A DNA stretch of 64,000 bases, taken from contig OZ024741.1 of NCBI GenBank assembly GCA_964016885.1, forward strand, positions 185,132,001 through 185,196,000, read 5' to 3'. The position numbers and the translations under genes were made by a program. Position 1 is the stretch's first letter. Each line of letters opens with the position of its first letter. The DNA is from Eledone cirrhosa (taxonomy: Eukaryota). Under the pieces are notes generated by a model. That model had not been told where the DNA came from. It did no database searches and saw nothing but the letters and a program-made list of their open reading frames with translations. Of the stretch, positions 41,823-57,934 are shown one piece after another.

Positions 41823-43280
41823 TATTTTTCCCGAAAACCTGTCTATGCTACTAACTACAGAAACGGCCGTGAAGATTTCTTGGATTAGAACTGGCTGACG
41901 AAATCCCATGTCTTGATGCTTATGTACATTTAAAGATTATGGAACAGAAAATATATTTACAGGCTGTGTCAATTATGAGTCTGCATGGCTCTACAATTAT
42001 TCTGTGGTCTTGTATTATTTGGTAAGGTTTGTGTGATGTGAGCTGGTTACCCAGTCACTTATGTTTAAATACAATGCTAATGTTTTCACTTCGTAATACA
42101 CTATACTGTATATTTATTATAATCGCGCATTTTTTTTTAATGTTTACCTCATAATAAGTAATCATAAATTGCTTTGGTTATTCTTTCGAGTAGGAAGAAT
42201 CTGTAATTATGTTTTGTCGTTCTTATCTACTTGTCCATATGAATGCGTTTATTGTTAGGTGTGTGTGAGTGTGTGAGTGTACATGTTTGTCTGTGTGTGT
42301 ATATGTCTACGTGAGCGCGCCTGTGGTATGTTCGTAATGTCAGCTTTTCTGCTGATTTATATAATAAAAATATCCTTTGTTGTAGGAGTGTATTTAGTTA
42401 ACAAATTTGGTGTATAAACTAACATATTTTTAATGTATACCGAAGAGAGTAAGTAGGTAGATAAAACACAAAAAAAAAACAGGATAATTTTAGTACTATA
42501 TAGACTTTGTGATTAGTATTTTGTTTGTTTTGGAACAGTATTTGCTGTCGCTACACATGTCAATATTTCATTTGTCTTAGGCGTATGTTTTCCATTTCAT
42601 TCTTCTTATACTTTCAGTCTTCTAAATTATGCATATAGATACACTATTTCATTGTGATATTTCTAATGCATTTTCGCTTTTAAACCTTGTGTTATTTGTT
42701 CATGTAGGGTGTTTTATGAGTTGACATCAGTTTAGTAAATTTCTGTTCAGAGGAAAGAGTAGAAAAACTATCCAACACATTTTGTAGACGATAATTATTC
42801 AATGTACTCGACTGGTGTAAGAAATAGGAGCTTCAGAGTGTGTTTCCCTCAAAACACACTCTGTCGTTTTAGATGAAGAATGATTAGTTGGAAAATTTAG
42901 ACGCCGAATACTAAAAATAGATTTTGTAAGATGGTCACGGATGATGTGTGTTGATCATAGATCTTCTGGATCAGGGCGTATCTAGCTGCTGAGAAGAAAA
43001 GAAAAAACAACAACAACAAAATTGGCAAGAAAGATTAAGGGACTATCTGATATTGCTGAATCATATGTTTGTGTATGTTTAATAAATTGCCAATATAACT
43101 TGAATAGATTCTAAAAAAAAATTAAACAAAAAAGGAACAAGTCATACGTTTCAACACATACTTTCAAAAGGATCTCTTGATAATACTGCATATACACACT
43201 CATACTTTCACACATATATACTTATACGTAAACATATACACCAACATAAATATTTTCTCAGACGTTCACACGCACTTGCA

Positions 43281-43620
43281 TACGTATGTATGTATATATG
43301 TACGTGTGTATGTATGTGTATATGTATGTATGTACGTACTTATGTATGTATGTATGTATGTATGTATGTATGTATGTATGTATGTATGTATGTACGTATG
43401 TATGTAAGTATGTATGTATGTATGTATGTATGAATGTATGTATGTATGTATGTATGTACGTAAGTTTGTATGCATGCATGTATGAATGTACGTATGTATG
43501 TATGAATGTATGTATGTATGAGTTTGTGTATGCATGTATGTATACATTAACATACACACACAGACACATATAAGTATGTATATATGTATGTATATATGCA
43601 TGTATATACATGTATGTTTT
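43281..43620. repeat. (TATG)n microsatellite
   Basis: Direct; complementary (CATA)n at 62641-62945 and 63697-63918. Confidence 0.92.
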
Positions 43621-44575
43621 TATACAGTTGTACATGCAAACATACATTTATATCTATAGATAGAAAGATGCATATATGCTATAGAAGAAGCATTGAGCGT
43701 TAATAAAAAATTTTATACCACATATCTCCAATACTTCACCAATAAGTACATTAGTACATTCGTCAGTTTGTTTATGGTTTTGCCGTGTTTTTGATAATGA
43801 CTTTAACACATATTATGCTAACATTATAGTAACATCTGTTTACCTTTTTTTGTTGATAATTACTAAAACAGATTCAATTTATGTAGTTTAACAGCATTTG
43901 AGCGAAGAGGGCGCTTATGGAGAATAATCCACCCAAATCCCAGAGGACGGGTGAAGATAAAGTATAAAACAAAAACCCCAAAATAAACAAAAAAAATGTT
44001 TTCGCCGTTTATGTTATTATCACTAAGACGAACTTGATATTATCATGTCCTGAAGAGATAATTGCAATAAGGTGTGCCTAGAAGTCAAGTTATAATAAAT
44101 AAACCGTGAGAGAATAGGTGGATGAAAGTGAAAGAGACAGAAATATATAAACAGAGGAAAGTAGACGCACAATAACGAGTGTAGAAGGAGAAAGAGGATG
44201 ATTGAGTGGGAAGGAAAGAGACGAAAAGAAACAAAGAACAGAAAAGGGAAGATGAAGGAAAGAGAGAGTATTAACTGGATGTTCATTAGTTCGAAATCAT
44301 TACATGAATGTATCAGTATTTTCGCAAGCATATTTGCACTCATGCGTTCACTGTAACTGACAGATTGCAAGTCGCACCTGTCAGTGCATCCTGCACATGC
44401 AGAAACACATTGGGTCCAGCAAAAAACTCCGTGCAGCTGTATTATTACAAATATTCATTTTGTTAGTACTCTGATAATGGTTGGCTCGCGCACACCTTCA
44501 AACTATTTCTTATTGACTGAGTATAATGAGGGCAACCGAGGTCTAGAAAATATTTTTCCTATCGTCTCGGTAACT

Positions 44576-44622
<47 letters not shown>

Positions 44623-44783
44623 GTTCAAGAGTAACCAATCTTAAGGAGAGAGATGGAGATAGGAGAGGAGATATGAGAGGAGAGATTGGTGAGTTAGTTA
44701 GAAGCCAAAGCGTAAAGGCATGTGCTCAATGTGCAATATGCAGTAGAAAGCAACTAGGTGGCTGGGTTAATGCAGAGCTGGAA

Positions 44784-45011
44784 ATATTCATTAGATAAGC
44801 GCAACAAGACCACAAATTTCACAGGGAAGACATTATTAAAAGATTGTCAACATATTTTAGTTTGATGTAAGGAATGTAGAGAATAATAATAATATTAATT
44901 AATATTATTATTATTATTTCTACATTCCTTACATCAAACTAAAATATGTTGACAATCTTTTAATAATGTCTTCCCTGTGAAATTTGTGGTCTTGTTGTGC
45001 TTAACTAATGA

Positions 45012-45015
<4 letters not shown>
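44784..45015. repeat. ~230-bp near-perfect palindrome ending in (TA)n
   Basis: Centre aatattaattaatatt near 44900; no HHR core found. Confidence 0.88.
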
Positions 45016-45070
<55 letters not shown>

Positions 45071-45213
45071 TTTGTGTGAAAGTAATAACAAAAATAACGA
45101 AAAATATCAAGACAAACGGCACAGTTCATGGAAGAAATATATTAGTTTCACTCTTGAAATAGCACGAAGAGAGTCTTAATGTTTCCGACACTACTCCTTC
45201 ATCAGAAGATAGT

Positions 45214-45506
45214 TAATAATTGTTTCTAGCACAAGGCCAGCAATTACCCAGTACATTACTGGTACTTTATTTTATCGACCCCGTAAGGATGAAAGGCAAA
45301 GTGAACATCGGTGGGATTTGAACTCAGACCGTAAAGGGAGGTAACTATGCTGGAAAGCATGGCGTCTGACTCTCTACCGATACTGCCAATCCAGTTAATA
45401 ATTGTTTCTACTTTTGGCACAAGGCCAGCAATTACCCAGGGTATTACTGGTACTTTATTTTATCGACCCCGTAAGGATGAAAGGCAATGTTAACCTCGAT
45501 GGGATT
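45214..45506 (-). mobile_element. Two tandem tRNA-SINE copies
   Basis: Reverse complement of the SINE consensus, 45214-45392 and 45397-45506. Confidence 0.85.
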
Positions 45507-45626
45507 AAATAATAGTAGATAAATAGAAAGGAAAATGTGATGAGATGAAGAAACCAGGAAAATGAGAAGAAAACATACACGTGCATATTCAGTTGACAAT
45601 CACACACAAGCACACAATCACACACA

Positions 45627-45744
<118 letters not shown>

Positions 45745-46691
45745 TGTATATATATATATATCGAAGGAAAAGTGGTAAGGAACCAGGTGGACCATAACGC
45801 ACCAAAGTACTCAATACAGTCCAGAATTAGCCGTCGAAACGGCTTGAGCTCAGCCGTCGGGGTCTTACTTGTTCCTATATATATATATATATATATATAT
45901 AAATATAATAAAGATATATGCGATTTCGGTGTAGATGTCTAAGAATCCTTCATTAATAAGGCTGTGATATGAATTTCAATGTCGATCACGGCTACTTGGT
46001 GGTTTGATCATTTAACCGGTCACGCTACAACATCAGAAAGCATCTTATGTAATAAGATTACATTTTCGAGGTAATCCAATCTGAAGACGAGAGAACGCAT
46101 AGATGCGATGTTTTCATTGCCAATCTCCGTTCCTCCGCAAACTTCAGTTACACACTATAGTTGTGTGTAGGCCTGGAGTTGGATTATGATTGACCATCTG
46201 TCTATCTCCCACTACCAGCAGGCAGCTAGCACGACTAAGATCTACTGAGACATACCAAAGCCTCCCTCCTCAACAATTGCTGAGATATTACGGCCAAAGA
46301 TATTCAGCCTAAGATGTGTTGCTGAGCCACTGGTTTCTCGTCCAGCAGACGTAATGAGTACTAAATTAGAATTTCAGTATGATATTCGTGCACCAACCCG
46401 CCTAATACCACTATTTTTGGCAGGAAAATATATGTTATCACGCTGGCAACAAATGCTTATGTCGCTGAGTAAATTATCGTTTTATACGCCCATAACTGAA
46501 TAGATAAATTAATGCTAGGCGCTGGAAATTAGAATTACATATTGAAAATTAAATATTAGAAATTCAGAATTAACAATTAGCAATGAAAAATAAATGTGAA
46601 GATGTATAAATTGTTATTAGAAATTAGAAATCAACCCTGAACAATAAGTAACAGAATTTACGATTAACAATTGAAAGATGACTGTTAAGAG

Positions 46692-47708
<1,017 letters not shown>

Positions 47709-47766
47709 TATATATATATATATACAATATATTAACAAATGGAAACTATATTTATAAAACCATATT

Positions 47767-47832
47767 TATTTCATTATACATATTTCAAGGGCCACCTGAG
47801 CAAACTATGGTGCGCTTTCATCAGATAAAATA
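47767..47832 (-). ncRNA. Type I hammerhead ribozyme motif
   Basis: Mirror of 47967-48032. Confidence 0.72.
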
Positions 47833-47966
47833 TAATATAGGTTAGTTTTAGAAATAAATATTGACATACGCTTAAAAAATGCAACCATTATCCAGGAGAT
47901 TCCAACCAGAATGGTTGCATTTTTTAAGGGTATGTCAATATCTATTTATAAAACTAACCTATATTA

Positions 47967-48032
47967 TATTTTATCTGATGAAAGTGCACCATAGTTTGCT
48001 CAGGTGGCCCTTGAAATATGTATAATGAAATA
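47967..48032 (+). ncRNA. Type I hammerhead ribozyme motif
   Basis: tattttat CTGATGA aagtgcacc..ggtggccctt GAAA tatgta TA atgaaata. Confidence 0.72.
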
Positions 48033-48168
48033 AATATGGTTTTATAAATATAGTTTCCATTTGTTAATATATTGTATATTTACTCCAATAATTTGTTGAG
48101 TGCTTTATATCAGTTATAAAAATATTTTGCTTGTTGTATCCCAACAAATTAAATATAACCTCTACATA

Positions 48169-48214
<46 letters not shown>

Positions 48215-48542
48215 CGTGTATGTGTATGTGTGTGAGTATGTGTACACACACGCATACACGCACACACATATATATATATTTATATATATATATGTGTGTG
48301 AGTGTGTGTGTGTCGGATGGTAGGTATGATGCTTCCATACGCGGCATGCCGGTTGAGCGCTCTATGCTCTTACAGAGTAGAGTATGATATAATATAAAAC
48401 GAAAAATCAGTGACGCATCTGAACTCAATTTATTGTGTGTTACAATTGTTTCGCCGGCGGACAGCTCGAGACGCGATCATTGTAGGGAACTGTCTGATTC
48501 TGGACCCGCAGGTTCGACGGACACGTCTAATGTTTTCGGGGC

Positions 48543-48573
<31 letters not shown>

Positions 48574-48582
48574 TTGACTCCA

Positions 48583-48614
<32 letters not shown>

Positions 48615-48727
48615 GACTCCAGTTCCTCAGTGAATTAACAACCCAACAAGGAACTGGGCATATCAGAGTATTGACAATATTATACACCTAAACAACATAT
48701 GTACTTGTCTATACCATACTAATTCAA

Positions 48728-48782
48728 ACTGCCTGAAGAGGTCACAGCCATAGATGGCTGTCACTGAAATATATATAGCAGT
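48728..48782 (+). ncRNA. Type I hammerhead ribozyme (best-formed copy)
   Basis: actgc CTGAAGA ggtcacagcca taga tggctgtcact GAAA tatata TA gcagt, then aataaa; within a (TA)n-flanked unit 48615-48931. Confidence 0.85.
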
Positions 48783-48948
48783 AATAAACGAAGCTAAATT
48801 TTAATCATTTGACTTTTATTTAACTTTATTTTACACTACTCCGGAGTAACCAAACCAACCTGCGCACTTCGTCGAGTGCTCCAGTCTGCATACTGAGGTG
48901 TTGGTATACAACCAACATAAACTCAAAATCTCTATATATATATATATA

Positions 48949-49599
48949 TAAGTATGTATGTATACGTACATACATATATGTATACAGACGTACAGTAGCA
49001 TGTATATATATATATACATACAGGCACACATATATATATGCACGTATCAGTTTACCGAACATTATAATGCTCAGTTTGTTCGTTTGTAAACAAACAAACA
49101 GCCTGAATTACGCCGTACAGTGTTTAGGCAACCACGTCACCTTTTTGTTCAACACTGACACAGGAATGATGTACTAGTTTCAAGCTTATTAGCTATCGTC
49201 AGCACCGTATACCTTTCTTCCAGATGGTTGAACGTCCGAAAGTATATACTTTCCTTATGAAAATTAACGGCTGAGCAGCCTAATTTGCATATCGTGTGAG
49301 TTCAGTCGGCCAGGCGCACCGAAAACGATAAATGGAATAGAATGAAACGAAATTTAATTTCTCACTCTTAGTACGACACTTACTTAAATTCAGGCTGTTT
49401 GTTTACAAACGAACAAACCGAGCATTATAATAAATGTTCGGTAAACTGATACGTGCATATATATATATGTGTGCCTGTATGTATATATATACATACTACT
49501 GTACGTCTGTATACATATATGTATGTACGTATACATACATACTTACATTTAAGTAAGTGCCGTACTAAGAGTGAGAAATTAAATTTCGTTTCATTCTAG
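48949..49599. repeat. Interleaved inverted repeats between (TA)n tracts
   Basis: 48949-49109 vs 49388-49545 and 49338-49389 vs 49547-49599. Confidence 0.8.
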
Positions 49600-49680
49600 T
49601 ATATATATATATATATATATATATAGTATATATATATATATATATATATAGTATATATATATATAGTATATATATATATA

Positions 49681-49754
<74 letters not shown>

Positions 49755-49952
49755 ACTTAGAGTTTACACTCAATGGGGTCATTTACAATTATTTCAGCTC
49801 TAAGAATCGCTTCTGAGCACAATAAATTAATATTTGATTAACATTTACATGTTTTAGTTGCAACTAAAACATATACATATATATATATATAGATATATAT
49901 ATATATTTATATATATATCGGAGGAAGTTATAGTTCACTTGAAGCATTGTGT

Positions 49953-50124
49953 AATTGTTTCTACTTTTGGCACAAGGCCACCAATTACCAGTACATTACT
50001 GGTACTTTATTTTATCGACCTCGTAAGGATGAAAGGCAAAGTTAACCTCGGCGGGATTTGAACTCAGAATGGCAAGGGCCGTAACTCTATACGTCAAAGC
50101 ATGGCGTCCGACCCGCTCCCAATT
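49953..50124 (-). mobile_element. tRNA-SINE with 17-bp TSD
   Basis: ttgaagcattgtgtaat at 49939-49955 and 50125-50141. Confidence 0.88.
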
Positions 50125-50151
50125 TTGAAGCATTGTGTAATGAGGTATAAA

Positions 50152-50378
50152 CGTTTGTATATGTATAATAAAGCCGAAACAATGCAGGTTTGGACGTAGA
50201 ATAAATAATGCAAATGCAAAAGATATTGTTGACAATTAGTCTTTTACCTTAGATTTATTTAAATATCCTAATTAAATAAATCTAAGGTAAAAGACTAATT
50301 GTCAACAATATCTTTTGCATTTGCATTCTTTATTCTATGTCAAAACCTGCATTGTTTTGGCTTTATTATACATATACA

Positions 50379-50382
<4 letters not shown>
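50152..50382. repeat. ~230-bp fold-back ending in (TA)n
   Basis: Arms ~50152-50260 and ~50274-50382. Confidence 0.85.
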
Positions 50383-50458
<76 letters not shown>

Positions 50459-51929
50459 GAGAGTCAGTGGTGCTGCTGAAACTAGTTGGAACACTAATCT
50501 TGGGAGTACTCGGTGCATGGGGAGAGGCAGAGTAGGTATGAAGTGTTTTCGGTTTGCTAAACACAAAATTGCTTGGCGGCGCGGTCACGATTTTAATCCT
50601 CTCTCTCTTCCTCTCTCTCTCTCCCTCTCTCTTTATATATATATATAGTTTTGTATAGTGGTAGCTATGGTGCTCCCATAGGCGGTATGCCAGCATTAGC
50701 ACTCGATATTCATCAGAGTAGAGTGTAGAAAATATAAAGGAAACGAAAAATCAGTGATGCATCTGGACTTAGTTTATTTCGTGTTACAAATGTTTCGCCG
50801 GCATGTGGCTCGAGTCATGGTCCTTGTATGGATCTGGTTGATTCTACTTCTGTGGGTTCTTTCAGACACGGTTGTGTTACGACCGGAGAAAATTTTATCA
50901 CTGGGTGTTATCATCAAAACAACACCCTCAAAAAACCCTAATTCCACTCTTGTCATGCAATTGGCTGTTTTTACTCCACGTCATCACATGTTCTGGTCAG
51001 TATCTGCTGCCACACGGTTCATCAACCATTTTCCGTCCGACACATTTCAATGGAGTCATGCTGGGTTCAGTACATCACACGTCAGCTCACACTTCAGATT
51101 AAGCACCCACACGTACCAGAATACACACATAAAACACACACACATTCAGACATATACCTATCTATACATACACACTCGTACGCCTACATGCACAGACACC
51201 CCTACATCGCTATATATATACTCATATATCCTCCCTCCCTCACTTCCACGGACCCAGTCACACCCACTTGTTGATACATATTGGCACAAGCCTTCCGACG
51301 GTTGTTTACATCGCGCTCTGTATCACTTAGGATAAGCATATCATACTCAAACGTACACATATATACATACATACGCGCGCACATACACATTCGCCCAACG
51401 CCCTATAAATTTAAATATATATATATATATACACACTCATACGCACACATATATACATACACACATATATACCCATACATACATATATACATACATGTGT
51501 ATACACCTATATATATATATATATACATACACACACATACAGACACACAGGTATATACATAAATGTATACTCACACATGTCCACACATACATACGAACGA
51601 TATATATATATATTTATATATATATATATATACATATATACACACGAAAGAAAAGGGACAACTTAACATGCATAGGCCCATACATACAAATACCCACGCA
51701 TATTCCGATATACATACATCTACACATGCATACGCATACGTGTTGCCACATGCATAGACCTACACGCATGCACATCTGCCTACACACACAAAAGTGCCAC
51801 CACATATACCTATATAAAAAACACACCTGTAAGTGAACAGTCAAAAATACATTATGCAATAGAAACAGTATAATGACGGTAAAATTATCGTAACATGAAA
51901 AAATATACAATGTAACATAATATACAATA

Positions 51930-52057
<128 letters not shown>

Positions 52058-52208
52058 AGTGAAATTTTAGTAAGTAAGTTAATTTTACAATTTTCTTATT
52101 TTACGTTTCTCATATTATTGTTCTGCAACCCCATGCATTGAACCACAAACTATATTTGCTACCATAAGTATGCATCTGTGTATATATATGTTACTAGATA
52201 TACTAATT

Positions 52209-52257
<49 letters not shown>

Positions 52258-52673
52258 CCTATTATACATATATAGACACACATATGTACACATATGTATA
52301 TATACACACCCACACATACACACACACACAGGTACACGGACTCATACATACGTATACGGATATATATAGAGGATATGTGATAAAATAATAGAACAAGAAT
52401 AATAGTAATAATAAAAAAGCATATATAGTCCCTATATAATCATCCGCACACATTCCTATGAATGCACATATACACATACTTGTATTCAAAAATACATATA
52501 CACACATATATAGGCCCGCAAATGCATGCACCTGCACCCACATACACATCCACATATCTACACATACACACACACATATATATATACATATACGCACACT
52601 TACCCACCCGCACACACACAAACCTACTCATATGTGGCTATACGTACACACTCACACATACACATATAGGCAT

Positions 52674-52748
<75 letters not shown>

Positions 52749-52915
52749 CATGCTCATATATAGACATACATATACACATATACACACACCCACACACACA
52801 TACACCCACATCCCGCCATATATGTATATATATGCACACGTCTGCACCTACAGGCGCGTATAAGCTCGTGCACACACGCACCCATGCCCACACATACACC
52901 CCGACCCCCACCCAC

Positions 52916-52959
<44 letters not shown>

Positions 52960-53610
52960 ATACATACGCATCTACTCACACACACACGCACATATCCCAC
53001 ACACATGTCCACACATAAAAACTCGTGAACATAAACACAATATGATAATAAAATAAAATACATAAATAAATTTACAATATTTTAGGGTAAATTAAAATCT
53101 GTCTGTAACTGCATAAATAGGTACAGGAAAAGAAGGGGCAAAATAAAGGAACGGGTATAATAAAAAAAGAAAGAAAAAGAAAAAACGGGCGGGATGTACA
53201 GGAGAAGGTGCGTGCGTCCATGCGATGTACTACACACAGGTATTATGAGATGCAAATTTGTGTCCGTGTATAGAACAGGTAACAGTAACAGAACGATGAT
53301 ATAACAATATTAACAATTACTGTTCCAAGGTGGAACAGGTGTAGAGTATATAGTTACGATTGACGGTGTACACATTCAATGTGACGCCTGCCACGGTCGT
53401 CATGGGGCATGGCACCGTAGCTGGGTTGTGCTGTTCTAAACGTTTAGTGCACATGTCCGGGCGGCAGTGGGCCCCGTGTCAGCCGGTCGCGGCTCATGCG
53501 GTGTATCTTCCAATGTTGTGTGCCCGGTCACGTGCGCACCCGGTTTTCCTATGATTTCCCCACGGGTCAGACATCGTCATTATGGCATGTCGTCAGGTCC
53601 CCTAATCCCG

Positions 53611-54222
53611 CTAGGCCAATCGGGTCTGTGCGTTCTCATTCTCATGCCCCCTGCCTGCGTCACCCGGCGGATTCCGTGCTGCAAATGTGCATCTTCTCTG
53701 GTGTCTGCATGTCATGATAATTTCAGACTTCAGGTTGACGGCGTCATCCTTCAGTCTGACTATCTCCATGGCCTCGTGTAGGCAGAATCGGCACTTTCTA
53801 CTTCCGACCGAATATGCGCTCGCGTGGCGAACGACACTGCATTCCAGGGCGTATGGAGTGCCGTGGTCTTTCATGTCCCACACGAGGTCCGCTAACCTAG
53901 TGGAGTGCCCTTTGCTACGGTCCCTGAAGGAATTCGTGTGATTATACATCCGCGATTTAAAGGTCGTGGATGTTGCGCCGATGTAGGTTCGATGCGCATT
54001 CTGGGTCGTAACCACACACTTGTATACTAAGTCTTTCATTAAACATTTTCCCTGTAGGGGGCACTGGGTTGCCGCTCTACAGTTGCAAGTTCTGCTGTCT
54101 TTTCTTGTGCGTCCGATGTCCGGGCCCAGATCTGTAATGGCCCTATCAGGGTTCTCATCGTGTTGCACCGCCGACACATTTGTCCCCCACATGCCACTAT
54201 TTCCCTCTCGGTGTTGGACCAT
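53611..54222 (-). pseudogene. PLE GIY-YIG endonuclease
   Basis: LVYKCVV..RTYIGATSTTFKSRMYNH..SF...CRFCLHE...NLKSEIIMTCRH. Confidence 0.85.
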
Positions 54223-55097
54223 ATCGCCCTCGGCGGGCGCTCTGGTTGCCTCAGGGGCCGGGTTGTCATTTGAAGGCAGGTCCCTAGGTGGTTCTCCGCG
54301 CTCCGAAACATGGTCCTCTGTCGGCGCGCTTGACGGCCAGTGTGCACCATCTTCACCGCGTTAGTTCTAGCCATGTAGTCGGCCATATTCGGCGCCGTGG
54401 AGAAGGAAAATCTAACCGTGTGGCGGTTGAGATTTTGTGGTACATATTTGTCGTCGGAAAGCACTCCTCCAGCGCTCGGAAGAAAAGTCCTGGCACGTTG
54501 GTGCGTACATGTTTAGAGTAAGGCGCATTGAACCAGGTAACGGCCTTAGATCTGTTCCTTCTTGGGCGTGGATTCTTGTTGTTGTGTCCAGAGCTCGGTG
54601 TCCGTCCAGTGCTCTGCCCAACCACAATTTCGTCTCGTGGGTTGTCCCTGTCTATTTGTCCGCTACGTTTTTCGTGGTCATCTGTACGTCTATTCCCCTT
54701 AGGTCTATGTGATGCTATGTGATGCTGTGGCACTAGAACAAGGCTGGTCGTGCTCCGTGGCGTGTACCCCGTTCTTATTTGTCGAAGTCCTGTCTAAGGT
54801 CCCAGTTGCCACGGAGTATGCGGTGTGCGTGCTAGGCCTATGCCTCCGCACACTGGGTGGTCTGGCTCCCATGGGTGCCTTAGTCCTATCTCGAGTCGGT
54901 CCTGTGTCATTAAAGTTAGTAGTGTTGTTATTTGTGTTCCTGGCTACTGCTACCGGGTCAATTATTTTACCTAAGGAGGCGTCCTCACTGTTGGCATTTG
55001 TGCACGCCAAATCATTAGGCTCTACTCTATCCGTGGTATGTATTATGGTGTCTTTGTAACCGGCTTTGCACAGTGCCTCATTATAATATTTGGCGTG

Positions 55098-55937
55098 CTA
55101 TTTAAACACTTCTGCGTTCGACGACAGGGTGGATACGCGTTTTGAAACCCCTTTAACTATGGCTTCTATGACAGACTTAGAGTGATTCGATTGCCTGTTC
55201 ACATATTGCAGGTTTTCGTTGGGTTTCTGGTACGGTCTGTGGATGCCCGTATTCATTTCGAAGGTAACGTCCAGGATATTGACCGTCTCAGTGCTAGTGT
55301 CAATAGTCACGGATAAGCCGTGTTGTTTAAAAAAATGCGATATGCGCTTCCTCATACGCTCCAACTGACTGGGGTTAAGGGAACGGAAGGTGAAAAGTGC
55401 GTCGTCTCTGTATATTCCACCTCCGATCCCCGGGATCTCCTCCGTCAGCCTATGGATGAGATATATCCCCACCAGGTAGGTCACCTGCGCCGAGTCACTT
55501 GACCCCATGGTGATATCGAAACTGTCGGGTCTGTCCCTCCTCTCCCATAACTTGTCTTCGAAACTAATTCGCGTCTTTCTGGCTGCTACTATGAGGTTGG
55601 TCTCGTCCCTAATGAGGCTAGATCTGGCCATGGCGCTTATTAGGGCCTCATTGACTAGTATCGGAGATACCGACGCGTAATAGCTATCTATGTGTAACTG
55701 GATAAAATTTACTTGGTGTTTGTCATCTATTGCTGAGAACCAGTCGATTACCTCCTTAGTGGAGGTCCATAGGCTAAGCTTAGTTTTGTTTCTAAGTACC
55801 GGTATTATCCTATCTATAATATTCTTACTGGTCCTTCCTAGGTCGGATTTTGAGGGTGCTATTAACCTAACCGGTAGTTTAGTTTTAAAGTCTAATTTGT
55901 GGTCCTTAATAATATATCCGTGGTTTTCTAGGTACAT
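55098..55937 (-). pseudogene. PLE reverse transcriptase
   Basis: 279-aa open frame with RT motifs including GGGIYRDDAL. Confidence 0.88.
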
Positions 55938-55982
55938 ATACTTCGGTCCTATCCTCTATTCCTAGCCCTATATATATATATA

Positions 55983-56051
<69 letters not shown>

Positions 56052-56201
56052 ATACTTTGGGAGGGTCATGTTGCCAATAAGAAACACAAGCACCAGCAGC
56101 TTTCACTTCAATGTAATATAATAAATTTATAAATTTAGGAATTTATAAATTTCCGGTTGGCTGGTTGGTTGGTTCCACAACCAGATGATTGTTTATATAT
56201 T

Positions 56202-56244
56202 GTCAAAGTTCTTTCGTCACACATTCTGTGACCTCTTCAGTGAC
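56202..56244 (-). ncRNA. Minimal type I hammerhead motif
   Basis: Minus: gtca CTGAAGA ggtcacagaatgtgtgac GAAA gaac TT tgac. Confidence 0.65.
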
Positions 56245-56423
56245 TGGGGATTCTTTTTTTTTTTTTTGCCTCTCCTTTGTTCTGTCCTACGCCATCTTGT
56301 TTGTGTGTGTGTGTTGTGTCGCAACACACAACACAACACACACACAAAAACAATATGGCATAGTAGAGAACAAAGGAGAGGCATAAAACCCCCCAAAAAC
56401 CAAAAAAAAGAAAAGAACCCCCA

Positions 56424-56466
56424 GTCACTGAAGATGTCACAGAATGTGTGACGAAAGAACTTTGAC
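56424..56466 (+). ncRNA. Minimal type I hammerhead motif
   Basis: gtca CTGAAGA tgtcacagaatgtgtgac GAAA gaac TT tgac. Confidence 0.65.
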
Positions 56467-56673
56467 AATATATAAACAATCATCTGGTTGTGGAACCAAC
56501 CAACCAACCGGAAATTTATAAATTCCTAAATTTATAAATGTATTATAATAAATTGAAGTGAAACAACTGGTGCGTGTGTTTCTTATTGGCAACATGACCC
56601 TCCCAAAGTATAACAATATCGGTTTCAACACACGTTTTCAGATGAAGAATCTTGCTAAACAAATTCAGAAACG

Positions 56674-56730
<57 letters not shown>

Positions 56731-56999
56731 TATATTATATTATCTACTTATGTTCATCCACAGAACAAAAATGCTAGCTAATGTTTTAAGGCCCAATATT
56801 GCCCCTATCTACAGATTGTATGAGGGATAAACATTGTGAACTAACATGCAGGCGCTTAAACGAGATGTGATCAATATTGAAACCTTAGTCAACGCTTTTG
56901 TTCCGTGTATGAATATAAATAAATCATATAATATATCAGCTCTCATTGCTGATTGAACACTGATTCCCTTTTTCCTTTTTCACACCTAAAGATATTTTC

Positions 57000-57076
<77 letters not shown>

Positions 57077-57312
57077 CCACAGTCTGGGCAAAAACAAATT
57101 ATATTAAAGGGAAATAACCCACGTATGTAATACTCAACTAGATTAATACACAACCACAAGGTTATGGTCCGAACGTGGAAGAGACGAGAACCAGTTTTAT
57201 TATTTCTCGGCTCAACATCGTACTCAATAGTTGGGATAGTAGAATATGACTATATTAGAATGAGTAGCAGTGTCTGGAGATAGATGTTGAAATCAAGAGC
57301 ACTTTCTTGCAC

Positions 57313-57443
<131 letters not shown>

Positions 57444-57451
57444 AATATATA

Positions 57452-57480
<29 letters not shown>

Positions 57481-57490
<10 letters not shown>

Positions 57491-57829
57491 TGAAAAGATA
57501 ACAAGGACGATTGGTTACTTCTTCATTACATTTATTAGTAGGTGACGCGCGTTTCGGACCCGTGTATTCATTTTCTACTAGCATTTTAAGGGGTCCGTCG
57601 AGCTGCGCATTCGAGAGTCGAGTAAGATCGTTACAGATCGAACCTTGAGCTGATCATGGCGAAACGCGCGTCACCTACCAGTAAATGTATTGAAGGAGTA
57701 ACCAATCGTCCTTGTTATCTTTTCAATATAATACACTCTGTATAGCTCTACACCTCGACACAGAAGTGAACCTAAACATCGAGTGCTCACTCACGTGAAC
57801 CTGCAGTAACTCCAAGTTACACTCGCTAG
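57481..57829. mobile_element. Fold-back element with HHR 3' halves (GAAA cgcgcg TC)
   Basis: Arms 57481-57556 and 57660-57733; palindromic stem III acgcgcgt; CTGANGA missing; tail to 57829. Confidence 0.7.
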
Positions 57830-57887
57830 ATATATATATATTATATATATATATTATATATAGAATATGACTATATTAGAATGAGTA

Positions 57888-57924
<37 letters not shown>

Positions 57925-57934
57925 GCCCCGTCCA

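Larger units (their letters stand above)
47723..48166. mobile_element. Fold-back element (family A) with two HHRs
   Basis: Near-perfect inverted repeat 47723-48078 plus tail to ~48166; (TA)n flanks. Confidence 0.82.
53611..55968 (-). mobile_element. Penelope-like retroelement (Hydra-clade-like), 5'-truncated
   Basis: RT: KDHK..VRLIAPSKSDLG, ITMGSSD, YRDD; WFNAPYS; CxCx5C linker CNCRAATQCPLQGKC; GIY-YIG VYKC..TYIGAT; 5' end in (TA)n. Confidence 0.88.
56046..56676. mobile_element. Fold-back element (family D) with two HHRs
   Basis: Inverted arms ~56046-56315 and ~56335-56619, tail to 56676; (TA)n on both sides. Confidence 0.82.

Noticed and set aside
53545-53601. CTGACGA...GAAA on minus strand just 3' of the Hydra-like ORF
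   Set aside because: Stem I and stem II do not pair.
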